63,420 nt of DNA, filler included, from Rhabdomonas costata (GCA_019059605.1; 52 parts of 52 records of this genome joined end to end with filler, not necessarily neighbours in it); one strand, 5' to 3'; shown: positions 47,257-61,484, counted from the first letter of the whole stretch. The notes: generated by a model not told the origin, from the sequence alone. Translations and numbers: made by a program.

Positions 47257-49151
47257 TCTTCTGAATGAGACGGGAAATTGAGAGATAAATATGAATCGTT
47301 AGAATTCATTTTGTAAGAGTGAATTATTAGGAAATTGAGAGTGAATCGTTAATATTTGAAATTTAAAGTGAATTGTTATGAAATTGAGAGTGATGAATTG
47401 TTAGGAAATTGAGAGTGACTCGTTAACATTTGAAAGATTCGAGAGCGAATTTGTAAGAGTGAAAGAGTCACCCTCAATTTCCTAACAATTCATCACTCTC
47501 AATTTCATAACAATTCACTATAAATTTCAAATATTAACGATCCACCCNNNNNNNNNNNNNNNNNNNNNNNNNNNNNNNNNNNNNNNNNNNNTTAATTAAT
47601 TAANNNNNNNNNNNNNNNNNNNNNNNNNNNNNNNNNNNNNNNNNNNNGGGGGGTTGGCTGATTGTGGTGGAGAGTGGGCGATGCGCATATGAGGATTGTC
47701 GAGCTTCTGAGCTTCTGAGTTTCTGGTTTGTTGGTTGGGGCGCTGCTTTGCTCATAGTTTCGCTTCACATGGCTGATCCTCTCTTGGGCTGATGAGTGTT
47801 GGAGAGAGTTTCTCGGTGTCCTTTCTGACCGTTTTAAATCATGGTCAGCTTTTCGGCACGATCTTTTTACTTTACTTTTTGCTTTGTAGGGAGAGGATGT
47901 GGAAACCCTTCCTGAATTCATATGGGTGTGGTAATTGCGTGCAGGTACCCTGTCGTTCATCTGCGGAATGCTTTTCCATAGGCGCAAGAAAGAGATGGTT
48001 TGAGGGAGAGGGGAGAGCCCGACGATGTCGCGGAGAAGCAGCGGGTTGGGTGAGGGGGCGAAGCTGCCTACTAGCTTGCAGAGATGCACCTTGGGTTTCA
48101 GCTGCCTTCCAGGTGATCATGTGGTTGGATTGCCCGGTGCCCGATTTTACTGTGTGATAAGGGGGAGGTGCGCATTGATGGATTGTCTTTTGGTTGGTGC
48201 GCTGCTTTGCTTGTAGTTTTACTTGAGTTCCGTCACGTCGGGGCTCGCTGCAAAGTGGGTCTCCATTTGAACATGTTTGGATCCTGTCATGCGCACTGAG
48301 TATCGAATTCAATGTTTCCAGTTCCCTTTCCTTTCGTTGACTCTGTTAAACCGCGGTCAGCTTTTCGGCACGTTCTTTAACTTGCTGGGGAGAGGCTGGG
48401 GAAGCCCCTCCTGGATTCGTGTGTACATGCGTGTTGTTTGTGCGTGTGTGCAGCCTGTTGGTCATCTGCAGAATATTTTGCCGTAGAAGAGAGGGAGTGC
48501 GAGAGAGGAGCGAGTGACCGCGTCGCGGAGGAGTAGTGGGGTGGAGGTGGGTGCAGGTATCTGTGCTTGCATAGCTATTCCCCTCCTTCTCTCCGTCGTC
48601 TCTTCCGAGGACCCTTGCTGGGCTTTTTCGATGATGGATCCCTCCGCTCGGAAGCACACGCAGTTGTCCCTGAGTGGGTCTGACTGTCTGCTTTTGAGGA
48701 GAGGACCATGGCATTTTGTCGAGCTCCAAAGGGTGACCCTTATCTCTATTTCTTTGCGTTTTTTGTGGNNNNNNNNNNNNNNNNNNNNNNNNNNNNNNNN
48801 NNNNNNNNNNNNTTAATTAATTAANNNNNNNNNNNNNNNNNNNNNNNNNNNNNNNNNNNNNNNNNNNNAGGCCCAAGAACTTGGAATAGTCCGACCCCAA
48901 TCCACAAGAGCTTTTGGGCAAAACCCCAACGCAAAAACCATAATAATTGACCTCCGTGTCGATCTCCCATTCTCTCTGAGGTCTGTGAATGCTTTTCGAA
49001 TTTCCACACACGCGAGCGCGCACGAAGACAAGAAAACAAAGGGGGCCAAAAACACTCAGCAATGACTGCACTCATCTTCGGTGGTGAATGCATCAGACCT
49101 TTGTCCGTTGGAGAAACCACCCGCCCGCGCGTCCGCAAAAGAAAAACAAAC

Positions 49152-49307
49152 CTTGAGATCGGCGAGGCTTAGCGTGGGCACCGGGCGGTCCTGCGGCGGG
49201 GCGGTGGCGAAGCCGCTGAGCAGGTCCCAGTCCTCCCGCAGCCTCTGCTGCAGGCCCACCAGCGCGGCCACGGCATCACTACGGTGGCGGTATCTCGCGT
49301 GCACCAC
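49152..49307 (-). CDS. Hypothetical protein exon
   Basis: 156 nt, CAG acceptor and AAG|GT donor, GC-rich. Confidence 0.5.
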
Positions 49308-50089
49308 CTGTGCCCACACAACACTCTTGCCTAACGGCCGCTACCACAGCTTTGCCTGACCCGCTTGCACCAAAATCGACGACTCTGACACCGTTCATCA
49401 AGCACTGTTAATATAAGTTTTCTGTAACCACTGATAGCCGTTGCCGTCCACCTGACACGAGGGGTCACCCCAAAAAACGCACACACTGCACTGACTGCGC
49501 AAAGGCATACCCCGAAGGGCGTGGAGGTGCGCCGCAGCACGCACACGCACTCCCCAAAGTGCTCAAACAAGGCGGCCAGGTGGGGCGGCAGGACCCCACG
49601 GTTGGCTTTCCCAGGCAGCAACACGGGCCTTGCGTGAGTGGGGTGGGGGGTGGGGGTGGAGTGAGGCAAAACCGCTCGGGTTTGGCGCTGTTGATAAATG
49701 GAATTCACCACAGAACATCGGCGACCATTTTCGGCGGAAGCAAAGGGACCCATAGGACAGGAACTACGTGGAGAAACTCATGGACCACACTGTTTCGAGC
49801 CTTGACAAAAGCGAGCCGAACAAACATCCGACATGATCTCTCTCTCTACTAAGTCCGGGAGCCGATATGCACAAAAACATGAAGAAAGAATTAGACTATG
49901 TGTCACGGGTGGGAGATACCACAGTCAGTGATTCACCCCAGCCTCAAAGAAAAGGGACGCCGAACCCATTCCCCCAACACACCCAACAANNNNNNNNNNN
50001 NNNNNNNNNNNNNNNNNNNNNNNNNNNNNNNNNTTAATTAATTAANNNNNNNNNNNNNNNNNNNNNNNNNNNNNNNNNNNNNNNNNNNN

Positions 50090-51210
50090 GGGTGGGGGTT
50101 GAGGGCACTGGAAGTGAGGACTCCTTGGAAGCACTCGTCTCGGGAATCGACGAGGAGGGCTTCTGCCCTTTGGGCGCTTTTTCTGGACCCTCCTTTGCAG
50201 GGCTTGGGCACGCCTTACGCTTTGTGCTGGACCTTGCAGATGCCAGGGCACGAGTCTGCTTCGCGGTGAATGGGACCTTCACCGCGGAGTGGGTCTGGGA
50301 GTCGGTCTCCGGTGCCAAAGCTGCTTTCTTTGCATTCGCATGCTTGACATTCAGGCTCGGTGGCTGGGCATCTTCAGTGCAAGATGCTGCAGGGGAGCGG
50401 TCGCGTTTGCTCGCAGCCGACGCCCGGGCGCCTGGCATACGTTTGGGTTCGATGCACATCGTTCCCGATGATTCGCCGTGGGCTCGCTGAAGATTAGCGC
50501 TATCCGTGGGGTTCGCTTCAGAGGTGGGTTCCACCATCTGGACACCTTCACACTCGCTCAAATCGGCCGAAACTTGTCGAGAGGAGCCCAACAGCATTCC
50601 TAAGCCACTTGGCAATTTGTGCATCTCTACAGAGGAATCTGGGTAGGATCCCTCCACTGCGCACATATTCCTAGCGACCCCGAGAGGTTCGCCATGGCCA
50701 TGTGAAGCAAGCGCTTTTGAACCCTGGGTTTCGCAGAAAATGCGGCCACTGGACGATGGCAACTGGGAAACATCAATTGAACACATCGCATCTTGCTTCA
50801 AGGAGGCAAGAGAACAAGGTGCGGTGGGGGCAACACCTCCTTCGGCATCGGTTTTGTCTTCCAGCTCATGGGCTAGAGGTTCGAGCCCGTGACCGTTCGC
50901 AGGAATTGGGCACTGAGGCCTGTCATAAACATCAGGATCTGACTGACCAGCACCCACCTTCGTTATGGAAGGCAAAGAAAGGTTTGGCCCAACAACAATG
51001 TCTTTTTGTGGAACTGGGTTCTCCAAAGCCTCCAAAGCGGCAGAAGCGACGCAAGACTCCACGCGACAGGAAGGCGGATCAGGGCTGATCCTCCCTTCGG
51101 CAGTCCCAGCATCCTCCGCCTTGCCCTCCGCAATCAAGGATGGCGGAGCCCCTATTGGCTCGGCTTCTGGAGCGTCAAGATCTTCAGACTCGGCAAAGTA
51201 AACCAATGTT
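50090..51210 (-). CDS. Part of a large exon encoding a disordered Ala/Ser/Pro/Glu-rich protein
   Basis: One frame is open across the whole contig (about 370 codons). No recognisable domain. Confidence 0.75.
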
Positions 51211-54200
51211 NNNNNNNNNNNNNNNNNNNNNNNNNNNNNNNNNNNNNNNNNNNNTTAATTAATTAANNNNNNNNNNNNNNNNNNNNNNNNNNNNNNNNNN
51301 NNNNNNNNNNGTGGGGGGGGCGGCAGCTCCTTTGAAGCCCTCCTCCCTGTATGTGATCTCCCTCTTTCCCTTTGTCCCTCATTTGGATGTCTGCTTGTAT
51401 ATCATATGGAGGGTGGGTAAGCAGTTGCGATTGTAGGCGTATGTTTTTCAGCAACTGTCGACCAATGCGGAAATCTAGATTTGTTTTGGGTGCTGGGGAG
51501 TAGCTTAACTCTGGGCGAAGTCTGGCTTGTCCGTCTTCTTTGCCGCGGTGGCGAATAGGTTCAGTGGTGAAGGATCTTGGTGGTGGGCGGAGGAAAAGAG
51601 AAGGGTTGTAGTGGTGGGTTTCGACCAACCGCTCACAAGTATTAATGACGACGATCGTTAAATTTCGTGCAAATCTTGAGTAGTGGACGGGGTCGACCGG
51701 AAGGGGGGTGCAGCCTTTTGCCATCTTCGTCCGCCATGGTTTTTTGCGTGAAATTTTGATGTAGTCAATCAGGCTAACCCCCACCACTCCTTTGAGTAAA
51801 ATAATCCCGGTGCGCAAATCGCGGGAAGATAACAATGCAGGCGTTATGAAGGCATGCAGCTCTAGAGGGGGGGCTTGTACTCTCCCTTTTCTCTTACTCT
51901 CCCTGGCGTGAATGGGTAAGCTACATCGGGGAGGAGGAGAGAGGGGCGGGCGGTTGCAGGGTTAGCAGCACGGCCTGTGCGGTTTCTGTTGCGGGAAGTG
52001 TGGACCCGGCCTTCGCGGTGCTGCCTCCGCCCACGGTTCGGGCCACGGCGCCGCAGGTTGAGCGCGAGGTGAAGCGGCTGCGTTTCGAGCTGGGCCACCG
52101 CGATACCCAAGGAGTTCTGAAACAGCTGCACGGTCTGGCTCGGCTGCAGATCACTTTTGAGACCCTTTACCGTTTTTGGGTGAGGGGTACCCAGAAACAT
52201 TAACATACACGCATACTCGCACCCTGCAAGAACCTGAGGAGCGCAACAAGCGGTTCACTTTGTTGCCTACCGGAATGCAACCGTTGTGGATCGCTAGGAT
52301 GTTTTGGATCACTCGAAACCCAAGGCGTCCTTCCCGTCACTCAACCAGAGTGTGTGGTCATTTCAGCGCAAGCGCTGTGCTGAGTCCCACGGCGTGTCGA
52401 ACTGAATTATTCACATTTACAAAACCCCTCTNNNNNNNNNNNNNNNNNNNNNNNNNNNNNNNNNNNNNNNNNNNNTTAATTAATTAANNNNNNNNNNNNN
52501 NNNNNNNNNNNNNNNNNNNNNNNNNNNNNNNTCCGAAGCTCAGTGCCCTCATCTGCACTACCCTGCATGCTGCCAAATCGAACCAACCGTTTTGTTTCCC
52601 CTTCCCATCTTTTCGTTCCTCCTTGTAAACTGTTTGTTTGCTGCTCCTGTATATCGTGTTTCCAGTTAGAAGTCAGCAGGAATAGAAACGCAAAAACTGA
52701 CCAACCCTGGTGGATGAAGGCAGTGATGAGATGCAAACCGGCGTTCCCAAATGCGAAACACCCCCTAAGGCAGAGGTGCCAATCGTGGTGGTCCCTCCAG
52801 GAAAGGGCAGCACTCCAGGGTTTGCCCGCGGGGGGCCTGCCGTTGGAGGAGGGGACATCCCGCAGCCCGTGGACCCAGCACCTTTGGTTAATGGCACTCC
52901 AGAAAAAAAAACTGACCCAAGCACAGAGCACAGGAGATGAACACGACCAGGGTAAACCCAAACCGGTCCAAAGAGTAAGGGAGCAGAGCAGATGTAGCTC
53001 CCATGCCTGCCAGAGAGACTAGAAATGACATTGAACTTTGAATGTCGTCCATGCCTGCTTCGGCTTCGCCCTCTTGGGTTGCTCATAACTCAACTCGCTA
53101 CTTGCATTTCCAACAATTCCTCAGATTCTTGCATGACAATCCAGACTCATATGAAAAAAGTTTCTGAACAGCGCTTGCCCAATGCACTGTGGGAAGAGGC
53201 AGGCAAGGAAAGCACAGGCGTGGCGGCAGCGTGCAGCAGCCAATGCGCTCGGTCGCATCCACACTGTCCATACTTGGTAGGATTCTCAATTGAGTCTCCA
53301 GCGAGGTTTCCGCGTTTCTCGCGTTTCTCGGGTGTCTTCGAGAGAGAGGAGAATGCCGTTAGTATGTCACTGCCGGCTCAGGCGGACAGTACAGTGCACG
53401 CCAAAGGTACACCTGGCATATGGAGACTCATTTGGGTTTTGCAAATGTTTTTCTGTTCTTCACCGTGCCGCGCTTGCAAAATGTGTCCACTTGTCCAAAT
53501 ATTGGATGTGAGAAAAAGCGAGGTCCGCCAGGTTTTATGTTCTTTATTTCTGGTTTCGAGGAGTGTCTCTGATGTGATCCGACAAGCATGTCGACCACAA
53601 GGAATGACTTCCCTTCCCTCCCACTCCCACGGCACATTATCTCACACCCCCCNNNNNNNNNNNNNNNNNNNNNNNNNNNNNNNNNNNNNNNNNNNNTTAA
53701 TTAATTAANNNNNNNNNNNNNNNNNNNNNNNNNNNNNNNNNNNNNNNNNNNNTGTGTTGGGTGTGGGTGGGGGTTGGTGTAAGGCCGGAAACGTAAGAGA
53801 AGAAAGGATAGAGGTCTGCTGGGGAAAGTCGCTGCCTGAAAAGCATGCGGAGTTGTGTTTGTGAGTGTGTGCACGCTCGCGTGTATTTTGTGCGATCTGT
53901 GTGTTTGTTTGATTTTTGTTATTGGCGCCGCCCTAGCGCCTTGCTTCCTCCGCGTGCGGCCTCAGTCCTGGGGGGGGGGTACTCTCCACCCCGCTTCCCC
54001 TCTCTTTTCCTCCGGCAAGAGGTCTCAACAAACCTTCAAGCTGGGGTTGTGCAGGGAGGCTTCCGGAGGCCAGCGGAGCTTTGCAAGGGCTTCCGACTGG
54101 CCCCGCGACCTTTCCTTGTGGAAGAAGCGAAGCAAGACTCCATTCTAAATGGGAAGCGGGTGGGGGGTATGCGAGAGAAAATGCCCAGAGGACAAAGGTG

Positions 54201-56706
54201 TGCGTGGTGGAAGACTCTCTTATGTCATCTCTTTACTCTTTGGCTCATTCGCCAAACTGAGATGTGTTTTTTCTTCAAACTAGAGGCCCGCCGAGGTTTT
54301 GTCCACCTCGGCGTGTTCTCAGGACCTTTGTTTTTTGTTTTCTTTTTACCGTGGTTCGAATCATTGCGTGTCAAGCCTGCTGCGCTGTTGCTGAAACCCC
54401 CGGAAGCAAAAAGTTGAGGTGGTATATTTATTTTAGCACTCTGGCCCGCAAATGTCCGTTCTCCGGTGTCTCGACAAAGCTATGCTGCAGTCCTCGATAT
54501 GAAAAAAAATCTGGGCATAATTGGAGCTTGGTCACATCTTGGCATTGAGAGTGAGTCCAATGGCCAAAATGGCCTGTAACTGATTTAAAGGGGAACACAC
54601 CACACCATGCAAGTATCGCGCTAGACAGTTTTAATTGACTCATAAACTGATGATTGTTTAAAGAATTACCCCGATGACATGTCGACATTGGCGACTGCTC
54701 AGCTGAGTGAGAAGTTTTTGCTCTCGCATACTCACTGTGCCATGTCTTCCCCACCCTTGACGTCGACAGGTGGGGGTCGCGTGCAGTCTCTCCTTAAGCG
54801 ATTCCGAACTCTCTTCAGCGCAGACACACATCACATCTCACTTCGCTGCTCTCTGTCTCTGACCAACCTCCACNNNNNNNNNNNNNNNNNNNNNNNNNNN
54901 NNNNNNNNNNNNNNNNNTTAATTAATTAANNNNNNNNNNNNNNNNNNNNNNNNNNNNNNNNNNNNNNNNNNNNGTGTTGGGTGGTTTTTTGTTTTGTGCT
55001 GCGTGCTGTATTTTTATTGGTGGTGGTTCTTCGAAAGCGGCGATGAACTCTAACTTCGTTGCCCGTGGTTTCTCACTCTCTCCGTTGTGTATCATGATAT
55101 GAGTGCTTTTTGTCTGAAGAAAGGGGATACGAATATGATGGTCCCTCACCAAAGCAGCCGCCTCAAGGCTGAGGGGGGGCACCTGAAACAGGCGTACCCT
55201 CTTTTTTCTGTGGAAGCACTTTAGCTTGCGCGTTTGGTTGCTCCCGTTTGCGCGCTCTTGAATTCTGGCGTCGTATGGACATGCTGTTTGAACGATTGCG
55301 ATTCTTGGATGTGTTTCTATTCACTTCCCGATATAAAGCGCACGATAAAAATTCTTTATCGCCAAAGCCCTTTGACATTTTTTGAGGGTGCCAGAAATCC
55401 AACAAATTTTTTCGATGGGTTGAGCATGGACGAAGGGGGCGGGATTCCGCCCCCAACCTTGTCTGTCTACTTACGCGCTTCGAACCTCAGTTCAGTGATG
55501 CAGGAGTTCGCGGCCCCCGGTTCTTCAGACTCACGTGTTTGGGGATTGCCAGTGTGCTTGGTAGTCCGTCGCTATGGGTCTCTCACAATCCCGAGCCCGA
55601 AAAGAACTTGTGCCAGCGGGAAAAGGGTACTTCAGCCTAGAGGAATTGCTGCATTGGTCGCACACGCCTTCTTTTTGCAATCGAGGGGTGCTCGGACGGA
55701 CCAGCGAACGAAGTTCCCAGCGTACCTTGGCCTCGTGGCAGGTCATGCCGGTGGCCAGGAGGTCGACCTGGTGTCCAACCGGTGGGACATAGGATGGCTT
55801 TGCCTCGTTCTCAAGTAACCCTTTTGGCAGGTTGAACACTTTTTTGCCTTCCTTGTCCTTCCTTGTGTTCCCGCCGTGCCCGGGCGTGCCTCCGTTTTAC
55901 TTTCACGTCCGCGTTTTCTTCACATTTGGCCCATTTGACACCCCATGACTTTTCAAAACCCAAGACAGTATGGCACAAAATCTTGCGGTAACACTTATCC
56001 CCCGCAAACCGGCTAACAAAGCAAAACAAGCCCCGAACCGGCCGGAAAAAAGGGTTTTACAGCTGTTTACGACCTTTTTTCTGGCCCCAAACAANNNNNN
56101 NNNNNNNNNNNNNNNNNNNNNNNNNNNNNNNNNNNNNNTTAATTAATTAANNNNNNNNNNNNNNNNNNNNNNNNNNNNNNNNNNNNNNNNNNNNGTTTGT
56201 GGGGCGTGAGATATCGATTGTGTGTGTGGGCGTGTGTGTGTGTGTGTGTGCGTCGCTGGTTGTTGACGATTCTGTTGGTGTTTTGCCGGGTTTAGGAACA
56301 CAGGTTTAGGGAGTAGGTTAATACCCCCTTTGCTTTAATTCTTTCCCCTCCGTTGGCGCTGTTCTGCGTGTTCGGGTTCTGGACGGTGGCGGGGGATCAC
56401 CTGCGGCACATTTTGGCGGGGTACGTGGTGTATGTATGCACTGAGCCGTTTTTTATCCTTTGCCTCATCGCTGTTAGTTCCGGATCTCGCCTTCATTGTG
56501 GCGCAGGTTTGCGAGTGTGCATGGGGGCCAAATTCCCGACTTTTTAACCCCCCCCCCTTTTTTTCATCCAACGTCGTCCGCATCGGCAACGTTGTGGACC
56601 ATTACCTATTTCCAGCACTTCGAACTATGCGAGCAGAACTCAGCTGGACGTTTGACAAAACACATCAATGCCGTTTTTCGACATCTTTTGACGGCTATTT
56701 CTTCAG

Positions 56707-56857
56707 GGTGGCGGTGGCGGTAATCGTGGCCTCTGACCTCGGCGTGGTGTGGTTCCACCGCGCCTGTGTGAAGGCACGAACCCTCCCGCTGCGAGTGATG
56801 CACGCCAGGCGACTGGCCGAGTCCCTGGTCGCCGAGGAAATCGCCAGCCGTGTCTCG
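56707..56857 (+). CDS. Hypothetical membrane protein exon
   Basis: TTCAG acceptor, TCG|GTGCG donor, reads VAVAVIVASDLGVVWFH. A probable upstream hydrophobic exon lies near 56355-56429. Confidence 0.45.
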
Positions 56858-58089
56858 GTGCGCAATCCCCTGCCACATTCACTGCCTCTACTATCCCTTG
56901 TTCCCTTGCCCAGACGCCTGAACGTACACCAGGCTCACTCAGGGTGGGTTCCTCTTAACCCATAGTGAAATACCAATTTTCAAACCCCCTTTCAGTGTGT
57001 GACCCTCCCCGATGCAACGCTTTCGCTTTCCGTTTCCTTCGTTGAAGAAAAAAAGTCTTGGGGGATGCACCTGCCCCTCCCCTCCAGGTTTTCAAAGTCT
57101 TATTGGGTGAAGCACTTTCCTGCCGCATACCCGTGCCCTTCAGTTGCCGCGATGCTTCCGGTGGTTCGGGTCTGTGTAACAGCTGCTAAGTATGGGATGA
57201 AAAAAGCGACCGAAAAAGACCGTGTCCCTCCTTTGTCATTGTGAGAGTTTACAGTACCTTCAAGCCAGATTGCAGTTGCAACCCCCCACCCTCCAGGCTT
57301 TTTTCCACCACACACNNNNNNNNNNNNNNNNNNNNNNNNNNNNNNNNNNNNNNNNNNNNTTAATTAATTAANNNNNNNNNNNNNNNNNNNNNNNNNNNNN
57401 NNNNNNNNNNNNNNNGTGGGGGGGGAAGGGGGTTAAACGACTTTTAATAACCTAAAACGGATTTAGATGCATTACATTACTGTCATGTGCAGGTTTGTTT
57501 CACTGATGATGTTCCCTTTTGTTCTTTTTTCTCGCCTCGCGTGCACGTTTGAGTGAGACGAAAGAACAACCACCACAGAAAAAGACAGCGTGTTTCGCCC
57601 GAAAGTCAGAGCAGATGCCTTTTTCATCTCAATTACATGAGAGCGTTTGAAATCTGGAACAAGTCATATGCATGCGTACCAGTCTAGCGGCCTTTTATAG
57701 CGTTCCCATGACTACGAAACTCGTAGCATACTAAATTCTGAGTTTTGGGATGTAACTTAACTTGCCCGAAAATTTGATTGAAGTCAAGCCTGAACAACCT
57801 CGCTTTCAAAACAAAAATTACAAGCGGGCTGCTGTGATTTTTGCCTTTCAGTGGTTTCAGTCAAGGCAATTCAGAGTCTGGACGAGAGGAAACGTGTGCT
57901 ATTCATTGCTTTTAGGCACAAAAAAAGTGGCGGGGGATGGGGTGGTGGTGCTGAAACACTGCGATATCAAAGCTATGCAAGGCTCTCCCGTTTTTGAGTT
58001 TAATTTCCGCCATAACGGCTTAAAAGTGGCTTCCGAAGCGTGACAGAGGCTCAAGATCAAGTCAGACTGGTACCAGACTCCTACTCGTA

Positions 58090-58165
58090 GTGTACTATAT
58101 AGTATAGTATACTATAGTATAGTATAGTATAGTATAGTATTATATATAGTACTATATACACTATC
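58090..58165. repeat. (TATAG)n / (CTATA)n AT-rich microsatellite
   Basis: Read directly; both orientations are present. Confidence 0.9.
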
Positions 58166-59999
58166 GCATAGCGCGTACCACCGGAAACTAGGAACGCATG
58201 CGTTTCAGCCTCAGCAAGATAAGACCTTCCCCTAAAGGGAGATGAACGGTTCCCAGGGGACTGGAGGTCAATGGAACAGATTTAGTGTAGAGAATATGGC
58301 CAGCACCGGCGGCGTGGGCAGGTCCGCTGCGCGAGAGGTTGAGGGAGGGACGACAAACACACAGTATCTGGGGAGTGGCGGTGCCCTGTTTTCAGTCTCA
58401 ATCTAACGCACGTCATCGTTTAACCCCTCCCAACAGGTCCGGACCCCAAGGACAACATTGTACAGCTAAAGCTCGGCCACACTGCCCATCTTATTGCTCA
58501 GCACTGCCCCCCCCCCCACCACCACAAAAAACCCTCNNNNNNNNNNNNNNNNNNNNNNNNNNNNNNNNNNNNNNNNNNNNTTAATTAATTAANNNNNNNN
58601 NNNNNNNNNNNNNNNNNNNNNNNNNNNNNNNNNNNNGTGGGGTGGGGGTAGCAATGTGGTTAAGAGAGGTGGAGAGAGCGCAGAGCACATAAAACGCCCG
58701 GCTGATGTGTATTCACAACACGACGTGCCAGGTGTGGAGCGCGGAAGCATCCGAAGGCAGTGACAAATGAATGCCTTTTGAGTGTTTGCCAAGGGGGGGG
58801 GGGCTAAAAGAATGGCAGAAATCGGAAGCGGTTGTCCCCGCCACCATCCACTACATTCGCTCCACGCCAAAAACAAAAGAAGGAAAATGCATGGAGGACA
58901 GCAACAACTAGCAAAGCGCGGGATCGGGGGACTTTCACCATTGCCTGAAATGGCATTTGCAATGGACCATTAAAAGACTTTTGGCTCAAATTTAGCCACG
59001 TCACTCGAGTCTAGTTTCGAAGACCCGAAAACGCACAATTGAGTGGACACTTGAGTAGCAACTTTTCGAGGTGACGGCAATCGTCATCATCGGCATCGCG
59101 GTGGATACTACTTTGGCAAGCCGTGGAAGTCTATTTCATGTGGTTTTTCTGTTCAGCACATGTATGACCCCACATGGGTTTTTCCAGTTGAGTCCTTATC
59201 GTGCAATCACATGATGAAAGTCCTGCCTCCAAACAGATGCCGTGAAGAAGGCAGGAAAGACAGCAAGAAAGAAAGCAGAAGGGGTAGGGGGGGGGGCAGA
59301 ATGTGGAGGAGGCACATGCGTTCAAGAGTGGTGTGCGGTGATAAGCTCGGGTGAATTTACCATAGGTTCATCACCCTCAGGAGAAGCGCATTCGGTATGA
59401 AGCCCCCTTTGGCCATTTGCACACACAGCACAGTACAAGGCATCAGCCCGCGTCTCTAGAAGCGCCACCTTAGGCGCCAATAAGAAGAGCAAGCAATGCA
59501 ACTCAACCGAAATGGACAAGACTGTGTCATGTAGCGCCCAGATACCTCGGAATCGGCACCCCACCTTCCATCCCCACAACCTCAGCACACTTCAAGAAAA
59601 ACAACAACATCATGCATAAGGATAAAGCAAGGAGAAAAGGACACGAAAAGTAACGAACTTCATGACCCGATCGAGCTCACTGTGATTTGACGCGGGTTGT
59701 TGGCTTTAGGCGAATTCGGAATTGCACGAAGAGCATGGGAGTGGACCCCCCCAAACCNNNNNNNNNNNNNNNNNNNNNNNNNNNNNNNNNNNNNNNNNNN
59801 NTTAATTAATTAANNNNNNNNNNNNNNNNNNNNNNNNNNNNNNNNNNNNNNNNNNNNTTTCGAGAGAAATGGTATATCACCCTTTTCCTCACCGCGATTC
59901 TTTTAGTGCGTGCGATGCCGCTCTGGGCCCTATGGCTTTTTGAGGTGGTAATAAGGATCCGCTCACTTCTTCCTTGCGCAATCTCCTTGCGATCCCCAG

Positions 60000-60146
60000 G
60001 TCATCGTCACGGACTCCATCCCCCAGGTCGACCACCTCCAAGAGTGTGCGAAGCTCCACGTGCTCACCCTGGCCCCCCTCATTGCGGAAGCGATCCACCG
60101 CATCCACAGCGAGTACAGCCTCTCGGAGATCTTCAAAATCAGCTAA
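60000..60146 (+). CDS. PRPS: Ribose-phosphate pyrophosphokinase (PRPP synthetase), last exon
   Basis: After CCCCAG it reads VIVTDSIPQVDHLQECAKLHVLTLAPLIAEAIHRIHSEYSLSEIFKIS*, the conserved PRPS C-terminus. Not in the ORF track. Confidence 0.93.
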   Translation, partial: VIVTDSIPQVDHLQECAKLHVLTLAPLIAEAIHRIHSEYSLSEIFKIS

Positions 60147-61484
60147 CGGGGGACAACCCTGCCCCCCTCCTCCTCTCTCCCTGTTGCTCTCTCAGCTCAA
60201 AATTCACAAATGGGTTTGATCCTCTTTGGAAGTCTTCGATGACGTCGCTTGGGAAGGGATTAGCAAGCTGTACTTTTAGGGTGGGGCCCCCCTATAGCGC
60301 GGGCGGGAGAACGGATGGGGTGTCTCTGAGACTCGAGAGGGTGTGATGTTGGGTGGGAAGGGGAGCTGCGTTGTACGTGCTTTGCCACTGAACCCCATGG
60401 TGTGGGGTTGGCCTTTTGTGAGTTGCAAGAATGTCTTCATCCTTGGAAGGGACCAGGTTTAGCTTTTTGTATCGCTCTAAAATGTTTGGTTTTGCTATTG
60501 ATTGGTCCCCTCCGACCACTTCACCCAAGTGTCCCAACAATATTTTCGCACCTCCACAGTACAATTTCACAGCAGCGTGCGGGTGCGGGAAACCGCTGCC
60601 GTGACTGTGTACTCACCAACCTCGGGATCTTTCAGATTTATACGGGGCTAGTTATCAGGACATTGTGTGTGCGGGGGGGGGGTAGCTATCGGCTGGAGTC
60701 GGCTGAAAAATCCTGGATAGCAGGTGTACGGCTTCCCGTGTGGGTAGGCTCTTGTGGTCGTCAACGTTGAAAACGCGTTCGCAGTGTTAAAGGTCGAAAA
60801 GAATTGTGTTCTTTTTTTTGCCTCTCAGGACCGCAAAACCAGGATGCATTCTGGTGGAGGACAACCGCATGATGAATGAGAGTAGTTTGGAGTGAGAGTT
60901 CCGTGTAGCCAATGAGAAGCCAATGAGCCATTCAGAACTCGTTTTGAGCTCCCCACAAACCCAAAGACACGCAACACANNNNNNNNNNNNNNNNNNNNNN
61001 NNNNNNNNNNNNNNNNNNNNNNTTAATTAATTAANNNNNNNNNNNNNNNNNNNNNNNNNNNNNNNNNNNNNNNNNNNNTGGGTTTGGTAACTGCAAACGT
61101 TTCGTCACGCGAAGAAATTATTTGGCAGGGAAGCTGTTTTTTTGTGCCTGTTTTTTTTTCAACAAACAAAATGTTACCGCCTGTTCATTGCAGAAGCCAG
61201 GTTAATTTTGGCGAGTTAGGTGCCACCGCGTGCATTTGTCTTGGTGCCTGTATCCCACTGTGATGTGACAAGGGATCCCTTCCCTTGCCTTCAACCTTTT
61301 CTGCGTGTTGTGCATTCGTGCGTGAGGTTGTGCTGTATGTGCTTTGTTTGAGTGCCCCGTAGAATTTCGTGCCCCTTGCTTTGACACCGCGTTGTTTTTG
61401 TGCAAAAATAAACATAACCTTTGGGAGGGGATGTGGGCTTTCTCTCCGTCCTCTGTCCTGGTCCTGTGGTGTCAGCCATGAGGT

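Noticed and set aside
51997-52180. Possible TFIIS N-terminal-like exon (LKQLHGLARLQITFETL)
   Set aside because: It is probably exonic (GTGAGG donor), but the similarity is too weak to name and the opposite strand is also open.
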